The notes under the pieces are model-generated. The model worked only from the letters and a program-made list of their open reading frames with translations, was not told the DNA's origin and made no database searches. From positions 182,361-246,360 of the forward strand of contig CAYSHM010000003.1 in the NCBI GenBank assembly GCA_964430885.1: a DNA stretch of 64,000 nt, written 5' to 3'. This DNA comes from an uncultured archaeon (GTDB taxonomy: Archaea > Thermoplasmatota > Penumbrarchaeia > JASLWR01). Of this stretch, positions 46,660 to 57,685 are shown piece by piece (position 1 is the first letter of the stretch; each line of letters starts with the position of its first letter). The position numbers were made by a program, and so were the translations under genes.

Positions 46660-47922
46660 ATGTTTTTGAGACTGCTTGGAAAATCCCTTAAGAACCGGAA
46701 AGGCAAGGTAGCTATAGCTGTGATAGCAGTACTTCTCGGGGCAGCCATACCATCTGCAATGCTCACGGTATCCAACGACGTTAGTGAAAAGGTCGGGTAT
46801 GAATTCAGAAAATACGGCGCCAACCTCATCATTGTTCCGGAATCAGATACAATTGAGGTAGGATTTCCCGGATTGGGTTTCGGAAGTGTGACCGAGCAGA
46901 GATACATCAAAGAGAGCGACCTATGGAAGATCAAATCCATACTTTGGAGGAACAATGTTCTCGGTTATGCCCCCTTTCTCTATCAGGTCGTTGAGGCTGC
47001 TCCCGACGGGGAGACTGAAGGGCAGAGAGTGGTTTTGGGCGGAACATATTTCTCAAAAGAGGTTCTCATCGAAGAACCTTACTCACCAAATGACGACACC
47101 ACTTTCAAGACCGGAGTGAAGAGGATCAACCCCTGGTGGGCAGTTGAAGGCAGCTGGGTTACCGATCCGGATGATAACATATCCAGCATGGTAGGGAGAA
47201 ATGTTGCGGACAAGATGGGATTGGATATAGGAGACACATTTTCTGTGAAATATTACGAGAATGCTAATGGCGAGGGTAACTTTTCCGTGAAAGAACTGAT
47301 TGTTTCAGGGATCGTGACCACCAACGGTTTTGAGGACGACCAGATACTTGTGAATCTTCAAGTGGCCCAAAATCTATCCGGAAGAGCTGACAAGGTTCAT
47401 TCGGTCCAGGTCTCAGCCCTTTGCAACGAATGTCCCGTTGACGTTTTTGCCAGTGAGATAGAGGAAAAGATACCTTATGCGGAGGCAAAGACGGTCAAAC
47501 AGCTTGTGAATGCAGAAATGGGTATTCTCGAGAAAGTGGAGAAAATGATGTTCCTTGTTTCGATTGTTGCCCTTCTAGCATCCGCATTGGGGGTCAGTGC
47601 CACAATGACCACATCAGTAATGGAGAGGCAGAAGGAGATAGGCCTCATGAAAAGCATTGGGGCCGAGAACCGGAAAATAGCGTCACTGTTCATGAGCGAA
47701 GCGGGAATAATAGGAATTATCGGTGGGATAATGGGTTTCTTCATAGGAATCTTATTGGCCAGATTCATCGGCCTGAGCGTTTTCGATTCCACCATTTCTC
47801 CGGATTACCGGCTCCTGCCCTTGGTTACCGCTATTGCGATATTTGTTGCATTGATCGCATCCCTCATACCCGTGAGAAGAGCTATGAAAATCAGACCAAT
47901 AGTAGTGCTCAGGGGGGAATGA
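46660..47922 (+). CDS. ABC transporter permease (FtsX/MacB family, Fet/Fep iron-uptake-associated type)
   Basis: EFRKYGANLIIVP, VQVSAL, ERQKEIGLMKSIGA, VVLRGE. Confidence 0.85.
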   Translation: MFLRLLGKSLKNRKGKVAIAVIAVLLGAAIPSAMLTVSNDVSEKVGYEFRKYGANLIIVPESDTIEVGFPGLGFGSVTEQRYIKESDLWKIKSILWRNNVLGYAPFLYQVVEAAPDGETEGQRVVLGGTYFSKEVLIEEPYSPNDDTTFKTGVKRINPWWAVEGSWVTDPDDNISSMVGRNVADKMGLDIGDTFSVKYYENANGEGNFSVKELIVSGIVTTNGFEDDQILVNLQVAQNLSGRADKVHSVQVSALCNECPVDVFASEIEEKIPYAEAKTVKQLVNAEMGILEKVEKMMFLVSIVALLASALGVSATMTTSVMERQKEIGLMKSIGAENRKIASLFMSEAGIIGIIGGIMGFFIGILLARFIGLSVFDSTISPDYRLLPLVTAIAIFVALIASLIPVRRAMKIRPIVVLRGE

Positions 47923-47923
47923 A

Positions 47924-48586
47924 ATGGGAATTATAGAGATAAAAGGGCTCCACAAGACCTATGGAGGAAAAACCCGTGCTCTAATAGATGTGAATATTTC
48001 CATTATGAAAGGAGAATGGGTGTGCATCACAGGCCCTTCAGGCTCCGGAAAGACAACTTTACTGAACATGATATCGTGTTTGGACACACCTAGCAAGGGT
48101 GAACTGGTCATCAATAGAGAAAACATTTCAAGTTTCAGCCAGACCCAATTAACCCGTTTTAGAAGGGAGAGTATAGGTCTGATATTCCAGCAGTATCATC
48201 TTGTACCCTATCTCACCGCCCTTGAGAATGTTATGATCGCCCAGTACTATCACAGTTTAGTAGACGAGGATGATGCCCGAAATGCCCTGGAAGAGGTTGG
48301 AATGGGACATAGGCTGGATCATATTCCCGCTCATCTTTCTGGGGGCGAACAGCAGAGAGTGTGCATTGCCAGGGCATTGATCAACGGGCCCCATATCCTA
48401 TTAGCGGACGAACCTACCGGAAATCTGGATCAGGCCAATGGGAAAAAGGTCCTGAACCTGATAAGAAAATTGAACAAACAGGGGCAGACCGTGATACTTG
48501 TCACACACGACCCGGCAATAGCAAAGATGGGTACGCGTATTATAAATCTAATAGACGGAAAGGTAAATGACGACTCCGTCACATGA
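47924..48586 (+). CDS. ABC transporter ATP-binding protein
   Basis: GPSGSGKTT, FQQYHLVPYLTALENV, LSGGEQQRV, LADEPTGNLD. Confidence 0.95.
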   Translation: MGIIEIKGLHKTYGGKTRALIDVNISIMKGEWVCITGPSGSGKTTLLNMISCLDTPSKGELVINRENISSFSQTQLTRFRRESIGLIFQQYHLVPYLTALENVMIAQYYHSLVDEDDARNALEEVGMGHRLDHIPAHLSGGEQQRVCIARALINGPHILLADEPTGNLDQANGKKVLNLIRKLNKQGQTVILVTHDPAIAKMGTRIINLIDGKVNDDSVT

Positions 48587-48611
48587 ATAGTGCAATACAG
48601 GAGGTATATGC

Positions 48612-49304
48612 TTGACGCCAACAAAGAAAAAAAAGGAAAAATGTCCGGAATGCGGATGTTCCGTAAATACAGTTAACCTATCCCGGCATCTGAATAAGAT
48701 ACATGATGTTGCTTGTAAAGATTGGAATTTAGATTCAGATACTGGCTTTAGTGGGAAAGACAGGAGAGGCAGAAAAGCGGAGGAGAGGAAAGAGATAATG
48801 CAGAAGAGAAGAAGAATGAAGATCAATATTGGCTTTTTTGCCGTCCTCGCCATTCTTATAGTAGGAGGAATCTATCTTGTCTTATTCAGGGACGAGGAGA
48901 ACGGTAACAATAACAGATCAGTACAGAGAACATTCGAACCAGAACCCCTGGAGAACAATGGCATTATTTCGATCCCGGTTTTAAGTATTGACAGTGAAGC
49001 CAAATTCTTTTCATACTCCACTGAAGGAAAAGAGGTCGTCTATTTTGCAGTAATTGGAGATGACGGGGAAGTACACCTGGCCCTTGATGCATGCGATGTT
49101 TGCTACCATGCCAAGGAAGGATATACCCAAAATGGGGATAATATGCAGTGCGTGAACTGCGGGCTTGAGTTCAATATTGATGAAATCGGCGCAGAGAACA
49201 AAGCTGGTGGAGGATGCTGGCCAAGCTATATTCCCTTTGAGATCCAGGATGAAAATATAGTGATCGAAAGCTCATATCTCAAAGAAAAAGCATTTATGTT
49301 CTAA
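48612..49304 (+). CDS. DUF2318 (membrane Fe-S, FtrD-like) protein with N-terminal C2H2 zinc finger
   Basis: CPEC-x12-H-x4-H, TM, then DACDVC...GY.Q....MQCVNC...GGGCWP. Confidence 0.82.
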   Translation: MTPTKKKKEKCPECGCSVNTVNLSRHLNKIHDVACKDWNLDSDTGFSGKDRRGRKAEERKEIMQKRRRMKINIGFFAVLAILIVGGIYLVLFRDEENGNNNRSVQRTFEPEPLENNGIISIPVLSIDSEAKFFSYSTEGKEVVYFAVIGDDGEVHLALDACDVCYHAKEGYTQNGDNMQCVNCGLEFNIDEIGAENKAGGGCWPSYIPFEIQDENIVIESSYLKEKAFMF

Positions 49305-49434
49305 TCCAGGGAGAAACAATTCGGTACATCTGCTCAAATATAATTAGTATAATAATTGGTACAAATAAAAAACGGCCGAAGTTCGAGAGGATACCGCGGC
49401 CGCGGAGTATTCAATAACCTTGATTTTGGAGAAA

Positions 49435-51504
49435 TCATCCTTCTATCTTCTTCTTCACAAAGGGCAGGGCGCCTCCGGCCTTAAGCATATCTACTTCCTT
49501 ACCGGATATGGACATCTCGACCTCAATATCCTCCCCTGTGGTATTATTATGCAGGATAAGGATGTTGCTTCCGCCTTTCAATTCATCCAAGTCCCCTAGA
49601 GTGAGATCGTCCTCCTGCGATATCTTTTCAAAATCTGATTCATTCACGAACTCCAGGGGAAGCATACCCCACTGGATCAGATTATCCCTGTGTATCCTTG
49701 CCACTGACTTGGCAACCACAGCGCCAAGACCCAGCCACATGGGTGCGATGGCAGCATGCTCCCTGCTGGAACCCTGACCGTAATTGTCGCCGCCGACGAT
49801 GAAGAACACTCGCCTTTTGTTGTCAGGGTTGTAAGCCTTTGCCCTATTGACAAATTGATCATCCACGGGATTGAAGACATAATCAGCCATGGCAGGTATG
49901 TTTGACCGGAGCGGCAGGACTATAGTGCCAGCCATCATGATGTCGTCAGTTGTGATGTCGTCACCAGTCTTTAGAAGTACCTTGCCGGAAAATGAGGCGG
50001 GCATAGGGTCGTTTACCGGACATTCCTTGATATTCGGACCCTTGATTATTTCCACCTTCCCTCTTTCCTCCTTGGAGAGCGGCATTATAAACATGTTCTT
50101 GGAGTTATAGAAGGTATCAGGTTCCGCAAATATCTCAGATTCCACATCGGTCACTGCCAGAGGATCAACGAACTTGCCCTTGATGGCCACCAGGGCCGCA
50201 GTGGATGGAGATACCAGATATGAACCCACGCTCTTCTCGCCGGACCTTCCGAAGAAGTTCCTGTTGAATGTTCTCACGGTGACGCCATTGGTCGGCGGGC
50301 ATTGACCCATACCTATACATGGTCCGCATGCGGGCTCAAGGACCCTAGCACCTGCAGAATATAATGGCTCCATGAGACCTTCCTGGGCGAGCTGTACCAC
50401 CACGTTTTTGGAACCTGGTGATACGGTCATGCTGATATTCTCTGCCACTGTATGCCCCTTTAGTATACTGGAAACTGTGGCTAGAGATAGATAAGATGAA
50501 TTTGTACAGGATCCTATGCATACCTGATCGGCTGTCAAGCCCCTTTCATACAGGCGTGAAACGTGCTCACGCACGTGACCGTGTACCTTTTCCGGAAGAC
50601 CTGCAAGTATATCTTCCACCGACTTCCCTTCCACTAGTTCCCTGACCTTCACAACGCTTCCCGGACTGTGCGGGAGGGCAACCATGGGCTCGATCTCCGA
50701 CAGGTTTATCCTGATGATCTCATCATATTCAGCATCGGGGTCGGCAGTAAGAGGTCTGTAATCTTCTCCCCTTCCCTGGGCCTCTAGGAAATGCTTGGTA
50801 ATATGGTCTGACGGGAAAATAGATGTTGTAGCTCCCAGCTCTGCGCCCATGTTGGTTATTGTTGCTCTCTCGGGGACTGACAAGGTCTCGATCCCGGGTC
50901 CGCCATACTCGAAAACACGCTTCAGGCCACCCTTGACACCTAATCTTCTGAGAAGCTCCAGAATGACATCCATCGCGCTGACCCAGGGCCATCTAAGCTC
51001 ACCCTCAAGATGCACCTTAACGATCTTGGGGTACTTCAGTTCGAAGGGTTCACCTGCCATTGTCAGGGCTATCACGAGGCCTCCGACGCCCACAGCCATT
51101 GCTCCTGCCCCGCCGCCGGTGGGAGTATGGGAATCGGAACCCAGAAATATCATTCCCGGACTTGCGAAGTTCTCAAGGTTAACCTGATGGAGAATTCCAT
51201 TCCCAGGTCTACTGAACACCGCGCCCTTCTGTGCTGCTATGGTCCGTAAGAACTGGTGGTCGTCAAAGTTCTTGAAATCAGACTGAAGGGTATTGTGGTC
51301 CACATAGGAAACTGACAGTGGAACATGAATATCAGGGATATCTATAGCCTCGAACTCCAGCCAAGCCATGGTTCCTGTTGCGTCCTGGGTTATGCATTCA
51401 TCCACATTGACGAATATCGGGTCCCCTGGGGAGTAATGCTCTGCCGGTTTGCCCGAAACGTCATGCTCTTCCAAAATCTTTTGGACTATTGTCTTTCCGC
51501 TCAT
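49435..51504 (-). CDS. Aconitate hydratase
   Basis: TQDATGTMA, GSDSHT, GSCTNSS, CGPCIGMGQ, TFNRNF, NYGQGSSREHAA; ATG 51504 has an AGGTGA SD (ORF track starts at 51552). Confidence 0.93.
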   Translation of the reverse strand: MSGKTIVQKILEEHDVSGKPAEHYSPGDPIFVNVDECITQDATGTMAWLEFEAIDIPDIHVPLSVSYVDHNTLQSDFKNFDDHQFLRTIAAQKGAVFSRPGNGILHQVNLENFASPGMIFLGSDSHTPTGGGAGAMAVGVGGLVIALTMAGEPFELKYPKIVKVHLEGELRWPWVSAMDVILELLRRLGVKGGLKRVFEYGGPGIETLSVPERATITNMGAELGATTSIFPSDHITKHFLEAQGRGEDYRPLTADPDAEYDEIIRINLSEIEPMVALPHSPGSVVKVRELVEGKSVEDILAGLPEKVHGHVREHVSRLYERGLTADQVCIGSCTNSSYLSLATVSSILKGHTVAENISMTVSPGSKNVVVQLAQEGLMEPLYSAGARVLEPACGPCIGMGQCPPTNGVTVRTFNRNFFGRSGEKSVGSYLVSPSTAALVAIKGKFVDPLAVTDVESEIFAEPDTFYNSKNMFIMPLSKEERGKVEIIKGPNIKECPVNDPMPASFSGKVLLKTGDDITTDDIMMAGTIVLPLRSNIPAMADYVFNPVDDQFVNRAKAYNPDNKRRVFFIVGGDNYGQGSSREHAAIAPMWLGLGAVVAKSVARIHRDNLIQWGMLPLEFVNESDFEKISQEDDLTLGDLDELKGGSNILILHNNTTGEDIEVEMSISGKEVDMLKAGGALPFVKKKIEG

Positions 51505-51944
51505 TTTTTCACCTATATATGTTTGGCTCAGATCTTTTTCAATAATTTTCAATAAACTACATACTCTTTGTATTCGAATATTGTATACTGATACTGCAGT
51601 AATAAGAAGAATTTAATAATGAAGTCAAATTTCTACAAAGTGATGTACTTCCATATTTTTGCATCTTCTTGTCACCCTTGGTAAAATATTTCAAACCAAC
51701 GCAGCAAGTGTCAGGTTTTATCCGACCGATAATATTTAATACTTTTCACAATAGAGAAATAAAAAATAGTAATCATATAACAATGGAATATTTTGTCCAA
51801 ATTAAAGAAAAATTAGGACCTAACAAAGCTAAAAGGTCAAACTCAGTTTTGTCCCTCGAAGACCATAATGCTGATTATCCATTATTGAACCCTTATTGCC
51901 AAAAAATCAAATATCTGATAGTTTTATAATAATTCCTGAGAGAC

Positions 51945-54900
51945 ATGCCGTACATGAAGAATTCTAGAGAACTGATCACTGTTGTCTTGACATTAATTCT
52001 CCTATCCACATCCCTGATGATAGCTTTCGATACAGCACCTTCTGCAATATTTGATAATGACGGGAGAGTCAGAATCAAGCCGGAAGTGGAACGGTTAACC
52101 TCGTCAAACAGCCGAAACTCATTGTATCATAATCATTCATTTGGAGGAAGTTGGGTAAATGATATGTTCAATATGAGCGGTCTTTCAGAACGGGATAATA
52201 TCAGCTTCGATGAAGGAGCGGCAATAACAGACTCCTGGAAATTCAAGAAAACAATAGAAATAGATACCCCCGTGGAATCCGTACCATTACAAATTCCAGT
52301 AGAATTCAACGCCACTGAGTTCAATTACAGCAGGGCAAGGGATAACGGAGATGACATTCGGTTCTCCAGCCCAGGGGGAGATGAACTTCCTCATTGGATA
52401 GAGAAATGGAACAGTAACGGTGAAACCAGGGTCTGGGTAAAGGTTCCAGCTCTTATGGAAGGGGTAAATCAAATTGAGATGCATTATGGGAATCTCTACG
52501 CAGGTCCCACTTCTAACGGCTCTAAGGTTTTTGAATTCTTCGAGGATTTCAACTCGCTGAACCAGACCTTATGGACACCAACACATACATGGGCACTCGA
52601 CCTAGGGTACCTCTACATCTACAGAGGTTCAGTTCATACTAATACCAATATCACAACACAGCCTAACAGAACCTGTGAGGCCAGGATTAGATACGACAAT
52701 TTCAGAGGTTTCACGGGGTTGTGTATCTCTGATGACGACAGAACTGCAGGCAACAATAATGGATGGGATGCACTAGTCTATCTGATGAACTATCAAAACA
52801 CCAATTCGATCACTTCCTGGGCCGCTACAGGCAACACCCGTAGCTATGATATTGTTGCAAACGGGGCAGAATTCATAGCTGACACCAGTGCCTTCTATGT
52901 GATGGGTTTCTCCATGAACAATACATCCGTATCCTATTATGTGGATAGAGAAATGACAAATACATACCCTGGAACATGGTCCGCCCCATCATACCTTTGG
53001 CTGGGCTATTATTCAGGTGCGGCAGCGGGGGGATCGGATGGTGCAGATATGGCAGTGGATTGGGTGATCGTCAGGAACAATACTCCAAAGAACATGACCG
53101 TTGATATGTTGGATGAGGTCTCATTAAGCGATCCTTATCTAATAACTGAAACAGTGACTCTCCCGGATAACTGTACCTGGAACTCTTTTTCTATAAATGC
53201 CAATTTCCCGGCCGAAGCCGGAACAATGGTAACTGTGCTGAATGCCAGCGACAATGTGACAATACCTGGCTTTAAGAATATTCCAAAAATCGACATTGAC
53301 ATATCCAATATCTCCCAGGAGGAACTCCGTTTCAGGGTTCAGCTTACTGGAGTAGGAATGGAAAGACCTAGGATCCTATCAATAGGTGCGGATTGGACAA
53401 AGGAAAACTCATGGTACGACAGTTTTGTCGGGCTAGGAAATACCTATTCATCTTCCAGCATTCAGGCCGAGGGGGGCGGCATCAGACCCGAAGGATGGAA
53501 ATATCAGAGGAACGTCAATATCATCGGAAGCGGAGCCGAAATGATTGATTATCAGATCAAGCTGATTATTGATAATGACGACTTTGATTATACACATGCT
53601 GACCCATTGGGTGACGACCTCAGATTTCTTGACCGGAACAATAATTCACTATCATACTGGATAGAAGAATGGGATCCTGCTGGAGATAGTGTTGTCTGGG
53701 TGAAGGTGAAAGACATCCCGCCTGGAGAATCCAGCATAAGTATGCTCTATGGGAATCCCGAAGCGGAAGCCGAGAGTTCAGGTGAGAAAACTTTCGAATT
53801 CTTCGAAGACTTCAACAGCAATGAATTGGACATCACCCGATGGTTCTTGGCTGATGCCACCGGTTTATCCTTTGCAGACGGACAGCTCCTTTTCACAAGC
53901 AACAACGGCCGCATTATCAGCAGACAGCGGTTTTCAGGACCAATTATCCAAGAAGTGAAGTTCAAGGTGCTGAACAAAGGAAACAATGGTATACAGCCTG
54001 CCGGATTCTATGTGAGCAATCAGAACTGTTTCGGTTATCTGACACACATCAACCAGGAATACATAAGGAATAATGGGGCGTGGAGAGGTCTCGGAGGAGT
54101 ATTCGTTCAGCTTGATGCTTGGTACAATATTGCAGTGATCGCAAAGGATTCCTCGGCGGTGAACCTTCTGGTTGAAAACTATGATACTGGTGCGGAGTAC
54201 TACAATCAGAATTTCGATAACGAGGTGATTGGTGAGTCGGTCATGCTGGGACGCCGGTCTGATGACTGGACTCCGAACCAGGACGTGGAAGCGTACTGGG
54301 ACCATGTTAAATGCAGAAAATACACGCCCGCACTGCCCCATGTATCCTTGGGTGCCGAGAAACATAGAGAACAGCCCTTTGTCATATCTGAACTTATTGA
54401 ACTCCCCCAAGGAATGCTGTGGCGCGATTTCGGGGTGGGCACTGTAATACCCCAGGGTACCAGTATTCATTTCTCCGTCCTTGACGGGGCAACCGGAAAG
54501 TCCATTCCAGACTTTGAGGATTTCCAGGTACATTTTGTGGACCTAGATCCCCTGAACGACCTTTATATTGAAAGCATTTTTCTCAGGGCAAATCTCACCG
54601 GAACGGCATCCGATAGACCTAGGCTTACCCATTGGGGACTCAATTGGACCATGCCAGAAGCACCAGATATCCTACAGGATATCAACGACATATCTGTTGA
54701 CGAGGAATCCTCCCAGGTCCCCCTGGTAAATCTGTCAGAGGTCTATGAGGACCTATATTCCCATCGGCAGGATACCTACGTTTTCATTGCAGATCAGAGC
54801 GATACGGAAAATATAAGTATTTCTTTCAACGGCAGCTACCTTTGGCTAAACAGCACCAGGAATAACTGGAGCGGCATCACCAATGCTACTGTGGGATTCA

Positions 54901-56603
54901 CCAATATGTACAACTGGACATCCTTTACAAATACCTTCAATATCACTGTTGAAAATGTTAACGATATACCCTACGTACGCCTATCTGAGCCTGGTAACAA
55001 TGCATTGATCCCGACAACTGCTGTGAACCTGAAATGGGAGGTTGAGGATTCTGATACATCCCCTGAAAAGATCAGCTATGACCTGTATTTTGGTGAAAAA
55101 CCATTCCCACCGGAATACAGATCGGACATTAAAGGAAACAATTTCACCCTGGAATCTCTACATCATGGAAGCATCTATTACTGGTATGTAGTGCCTCATG
55201 ACGGAAAGGACAAGGGAGCATACGTTGGGGACACCTGGAAATTCTTTGTGGAGGAAGAAGCCCTCGATCCCGAGATCGTCCTGAGGTCACCAGGGTTCGG
55301 AGATTGGGTGAACGATACTGAGGTTCAGCTGGTTTGGGAACTCCTTAACGGGACAGGTGCATTTTCCAACTTCTCAATTTATCTTGGGAACAGCAAGAAC
55401 AACCTCTCCCTCTTCGATACGGCAGAAATACTCTCCTACAATCTTGACGGGCTCATACCAAACCAAACCTATTACTGGAGGATATTGGCTTCCCTTGAGG
55501 GTCATCCTGTGGATATAGCAAGTCCAATGGGGTATTTCTCTACTGGATATATAGAGAAGGACATACATGAAATAGTTGCCGAACTGAACAGGGACGAGGT
55601 CTCATTATCCGAGGACGAGAAGGCTTACGTGGAGCTTACACTCAGGAACATGGGTAACGGACTGGAACTCGTCACACTTGAACCCTTGGGTTCCCTTGCG
55701 CCATTTATCGAGATGAACCGGTCCCACAGTTTGAATCCAGGAGATATCAAGGTCATCAACATTACCATACTTCTCGATGACAATGTGGACCCGGGGGATC
55801 ATGAACTTCTTATACGGATAAAGTACCACAATGAGGTTGAGACCAAGACCATCAAGATTGAACTGACCGGGAAGAAAAAGAACGATGAAGGGGTACTCGG
55901 ACTAGGTTCTATTCAACCACTCTGGCTGATCATAGGAGCGGCAGGATTACTATTCGTTCTAATTCTAATAATTATAATTGCCCGGAAGAAGAGCAAAAGG
56001 AAGGAAGAGGCAAGAGCTTCAGAAAAGGAAAGAAGTTCGAGTATTTCATCTGCGGAAAGTAGCAAACCCATCACAGCCCAGGAACTATATGGGAAGGACC
56101 TTTATGCAAAGGACATCTATGCTGTAGCACCAGCATCGAATACTGGTTTGGACCCCTACCGTTATGATATGCCTGATGAGACCGATTTCTCGGTTCCGCC
56201 TCCCACTATTGTTGACGGATCTGCTGAACCTGCCCCAGTTTCCCTTGAGGAGGGTGAGATCGAACTGCTTCCTCCTGAGGACCCTGATACTGAGAAAGCA
56301 GGCGATAAGGCGGAGGAACAGAGCGGGATGGATGGGAAGGCCGTCAAAGAGGCTCCTGCAATTGAAATAGCCATGGACGAATCCACTCTTTTCTATCTTC
56401 CACCAGCACCGGCCGGGAGCAGTAAAGATAAAGAAGACGATAAGAAGACTACCATAATGGATGCTGAACTGGTGGATAAAACTGTCAAGGAATCACCCGA
56501 TACTGCCAATCAGAAAATACCAGAAATATCCGACAATAATTATAATGATGTGAAAGAATCCAAGGCTGCTGATAATAAACCTGTTCCTCCGGCACCCAAA
56601 TGA
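51945..56603 (+). CDS. Large cell-surface protein with two DUF2341 domains, FN3/Ig-like domains, TM and acidic cytoplasmic tail
   Basis: Two GDD[IL]RF...L..WIE.W......VWVKV...YGN...G.K.FEFFEDF units; YYW.V FN3-like motifs; TM followed by RKKSKRK. Confidence 0.85.
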   Translation: MPYMKNSRELITVVLTLILLSTSLMIAFDTAPSAIFDNDGRVRIKPEVERLTSSNSRNSLYHNHSFGGSWVNDMFNMSGLSERDNISFDEGAAITDSWKFKKTIEIDTPVESVPLQIPVEFNATEFNYSRARDNGDDIRFSSPGGDELPHWIEKWNSNGETRVWVKVPALMEGVNQIEMHYGNLYAGPTSNGSKVFEFFEDFNSLNQTLWTPTHTWALDLGYLYIYRGSVHTNTNITTQPNRTCEARIRYDNFRGFTGLCISDDDRTAGNNNGWDALVYLMNYQNTNSITSWAATGNTRSYDIVANGAEFIADTSAFYVMGFSMNNTSVSYYVDREMTNTYPGTWSAPSYLWLGYYSGAAAGGSDGADMAVDWVIVRNNTPKNMTVDMLDEVSLSDPYLITETVTLPDNCTWNSFSINANFPAEAGTMVTVLNASDNVTIPGFKNIPKIDIDISNISQEELRFRVQLTGVGMERPRILSIGADWTKENSWYDSFVGLGNTYSSSSIQAEGGGIRPEGWKYQRNVNIIGSGAEMIDYQIKLIIDNDDFDYTHADPLGDDLRFLDRNNNSLSYWIEEWDPAGDSVVWVKVKDIPPGESSISMLYGNPEAEAESSGEKTFEFFEDFNSNELDITRWFLADATGLSFADGQLLFTSNNGRIISRQRFSGPIIQEVKFKVLNKGNNGIQPAGFYVSNQNCFGYLTHINQEYIRNNGAWRGLGGVFVQLDAWYNIAVIAKDSSAVNLLVENYDTGAEYYNQNFDNEVIGESVMLGRRSDDWTPNQDVEAYWDHVKCRKYTPALPHVSLGAEKHREQPFVISELIELPQGMLWRDFGVGTVIPQGTSIHFSVLDGATGKSIPDFEDFQVHFVDLDPLNDLYIESIFLRANLTGTASDRPRLTHWGLNWTMPEAPDILQDINDISVDEESSQVPLVNLSEVYEDLYSHRQDTYVFIADQSDTENISISFNGSYLWLNSTRNNWSGITNATVGFTNMYNWTSFTNTFNITVENVNDIPYVRLSEPGNNALIPTTAVNLKWEVEDSDTSPEKISYDLYFGEKPFPPEYRSDIKGNNFTLESLHHGSIYYWYVVPHDGKDKGAYVGDTWKFFVEEEALDPEIVLRSPGFGDWVNDTEVQLVWELLNGTGAFSNFSIYLGNSKNNLSLFDTAEILSYNLDGLIPNQTYYWRILASLEGHPVDIASPMGYFSTGYIEKDIHEIVAELNRDEVSLSEDEKAYVELTLRNMGNGLELVTLEPLGSLAPFIEMNRSHSLNPGDIKVINITILLDDNVDPGDHELLIRIKYHNEVETKTIKIELTGKKKNDEGVLGLGSIQPLWLIIGAAGLLFVLILIIIIARKKSKRKEEARASEKERSSSISSAESSKPITAQELYGKDLYAKDIYAVAPASNTGLDPYRYDMPDETDFSVPPPTIVDGSAEPAPVSLEEGEIELLPPEDPDTEKAGDKAEEQSGMDGKAVKEAPAIEIAMDESTLFYLPPAPAGSSKDKEDDKKTTIMDAELVDKTVKESPDTANQKIPEISDNNYNDVKESKAADNKPVPPAPK

Positions 56604-56627
56604 TATCCTCTAGCGGAGTGAGCAATT

Positions 56628-57137
56628 ATGCCTATGCGGTCCAAGAGTGTCATATTTCTTCCTTTCTGTACCTTATGCCAAGCTTCAAAGGCCAGGGGGC
56701 TCGCTCGGACATATTCAGCACAGCTTGAACCACTTTTAGATCTTCTAGCGGAAGAGAATATCAATATTGTCCAATTGCCCTGCCCTGAGATGCTCTTTGA
56801 AGGTATTGACCGGGAACCCCGCGATATATCTTATTACGAGAATAGAGAGTTCAAGCAAAGCTGTAGACGGCTGGCTGAACAGCAGGCTGTTATAATCAAC
56901 CAATTTAAGGATGCAGGTTATAATATAATCGCACTTGTTGGGGTGGAAAGGTCCCCTTCATGCTCCCTAAGGAATGTGAAAAGGAAGGGGAAGATCATCA
57001 GAGGGAAAGGAATTTTTATGGATTATTTGGTTGAGGAATGTCCTTCAGGAGTACCATTAATATCCTTGGATTACAGGGCCCAAAATGCCGCAATTTATAT
57101 GATAGAAGAATCCATAATCAATATGAAACGCCCTTAA
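56628..57137 (+). CDS. DUF523 / 2-thiouracil desulfurase (TudS)-related protein
   Basis: N-terminal Cys, IVQLPCPE, GVERSPSC, GKGIFM. Confidence 0.78.
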   Translation: MPMRSKSVIFLPFCTLCQASKARGLARTYSAQLEPLLDLLAEENINIVQLPCPEMLFEGIDREPRDISYYENREFKQSCRRLAEQQAVIINQFKDAGYNIIALVGVERSPSCSLRNVKRKGKIIRGKGIFMDYLVEECPSGVPLISLDYRAQNAAIYMIEESIINMKRP

Positions 57138-57271
57138 TGAAGTAAAAAAGGTCTCATTGTACCTTTCAACCAAAGTTTTATAGATATAATTGCCTTTTAG
57201 AGGTTGAGTGTTGGAGTAATTTAATCATATGATTCATATCCATACATTCATGACATTTTCCGGTTGATAAG

Positions 57272-57601
57272 ATGACTAAGGACGAAAATACCTATATAGT
57301 GAAGGCAAAAGCCTTTGAGAGAATCATCAAGACCCTGCTCGAAAAAGCACCTAGATTCCTGGATGAGATCACAAAGGCTCTGGCCAATGAAACGTTCGTT
57401 AAACGCTTCGGTGTTTCTGTCAGCATGTTCTACTTCACCCTTGAGCAGGAGGGCATGGATGAGAAAAAGGCTATGGAGCTCACCAAGGAATATATCAGAA
57501 TGTTCAATGTGGCGGCCGTGGTGAAAAATTTCGAGAAGATGAAGGATGTGGCTAAGGTCATGGGAGTTTTCTCGGAACTGGAAAAAAAGGAAAGTAAATA
57601 A
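57272..57601 (+). CDS. Hypothetical protein
   Basis: 109-aa helical ORF filling the gap; FY..L...GM....A..LT..Y pattern. Confidence 0.65.
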   Translation: MTKDENTYIVKAKAFERIIKTLLEKAPRFLDEITKALANETFVKRFGVSVSMFYFTLEQEGMDEKKAMELTKEYIRMFNVAAVVKNFEKMKDVAKVMGVFSELEKKESK

Positions 57602-57685
57602 AATCCCCTGTTGTTATTCTTGCTTTCATGCATTGTAGATTGAAGCCCAATATTTTTTGAAGTGTCAAATGATAGGTGATACAAT

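Noticed and set aside
48608-48640. Out-of-frame ATG and A-run suggesting a frameshift at the DUF2318 start
   Set aside because: The in-frame TTG at 48612 is well spaced from the GGAGGT SD, so no frameshift is needed.
51669-51929. 86-aa TTG-start ORF in the AT-rich gap
   Set aside because: No SD and no motif; the region is better explained as the divergent promoter between aconitase and the DUF2341 gene.
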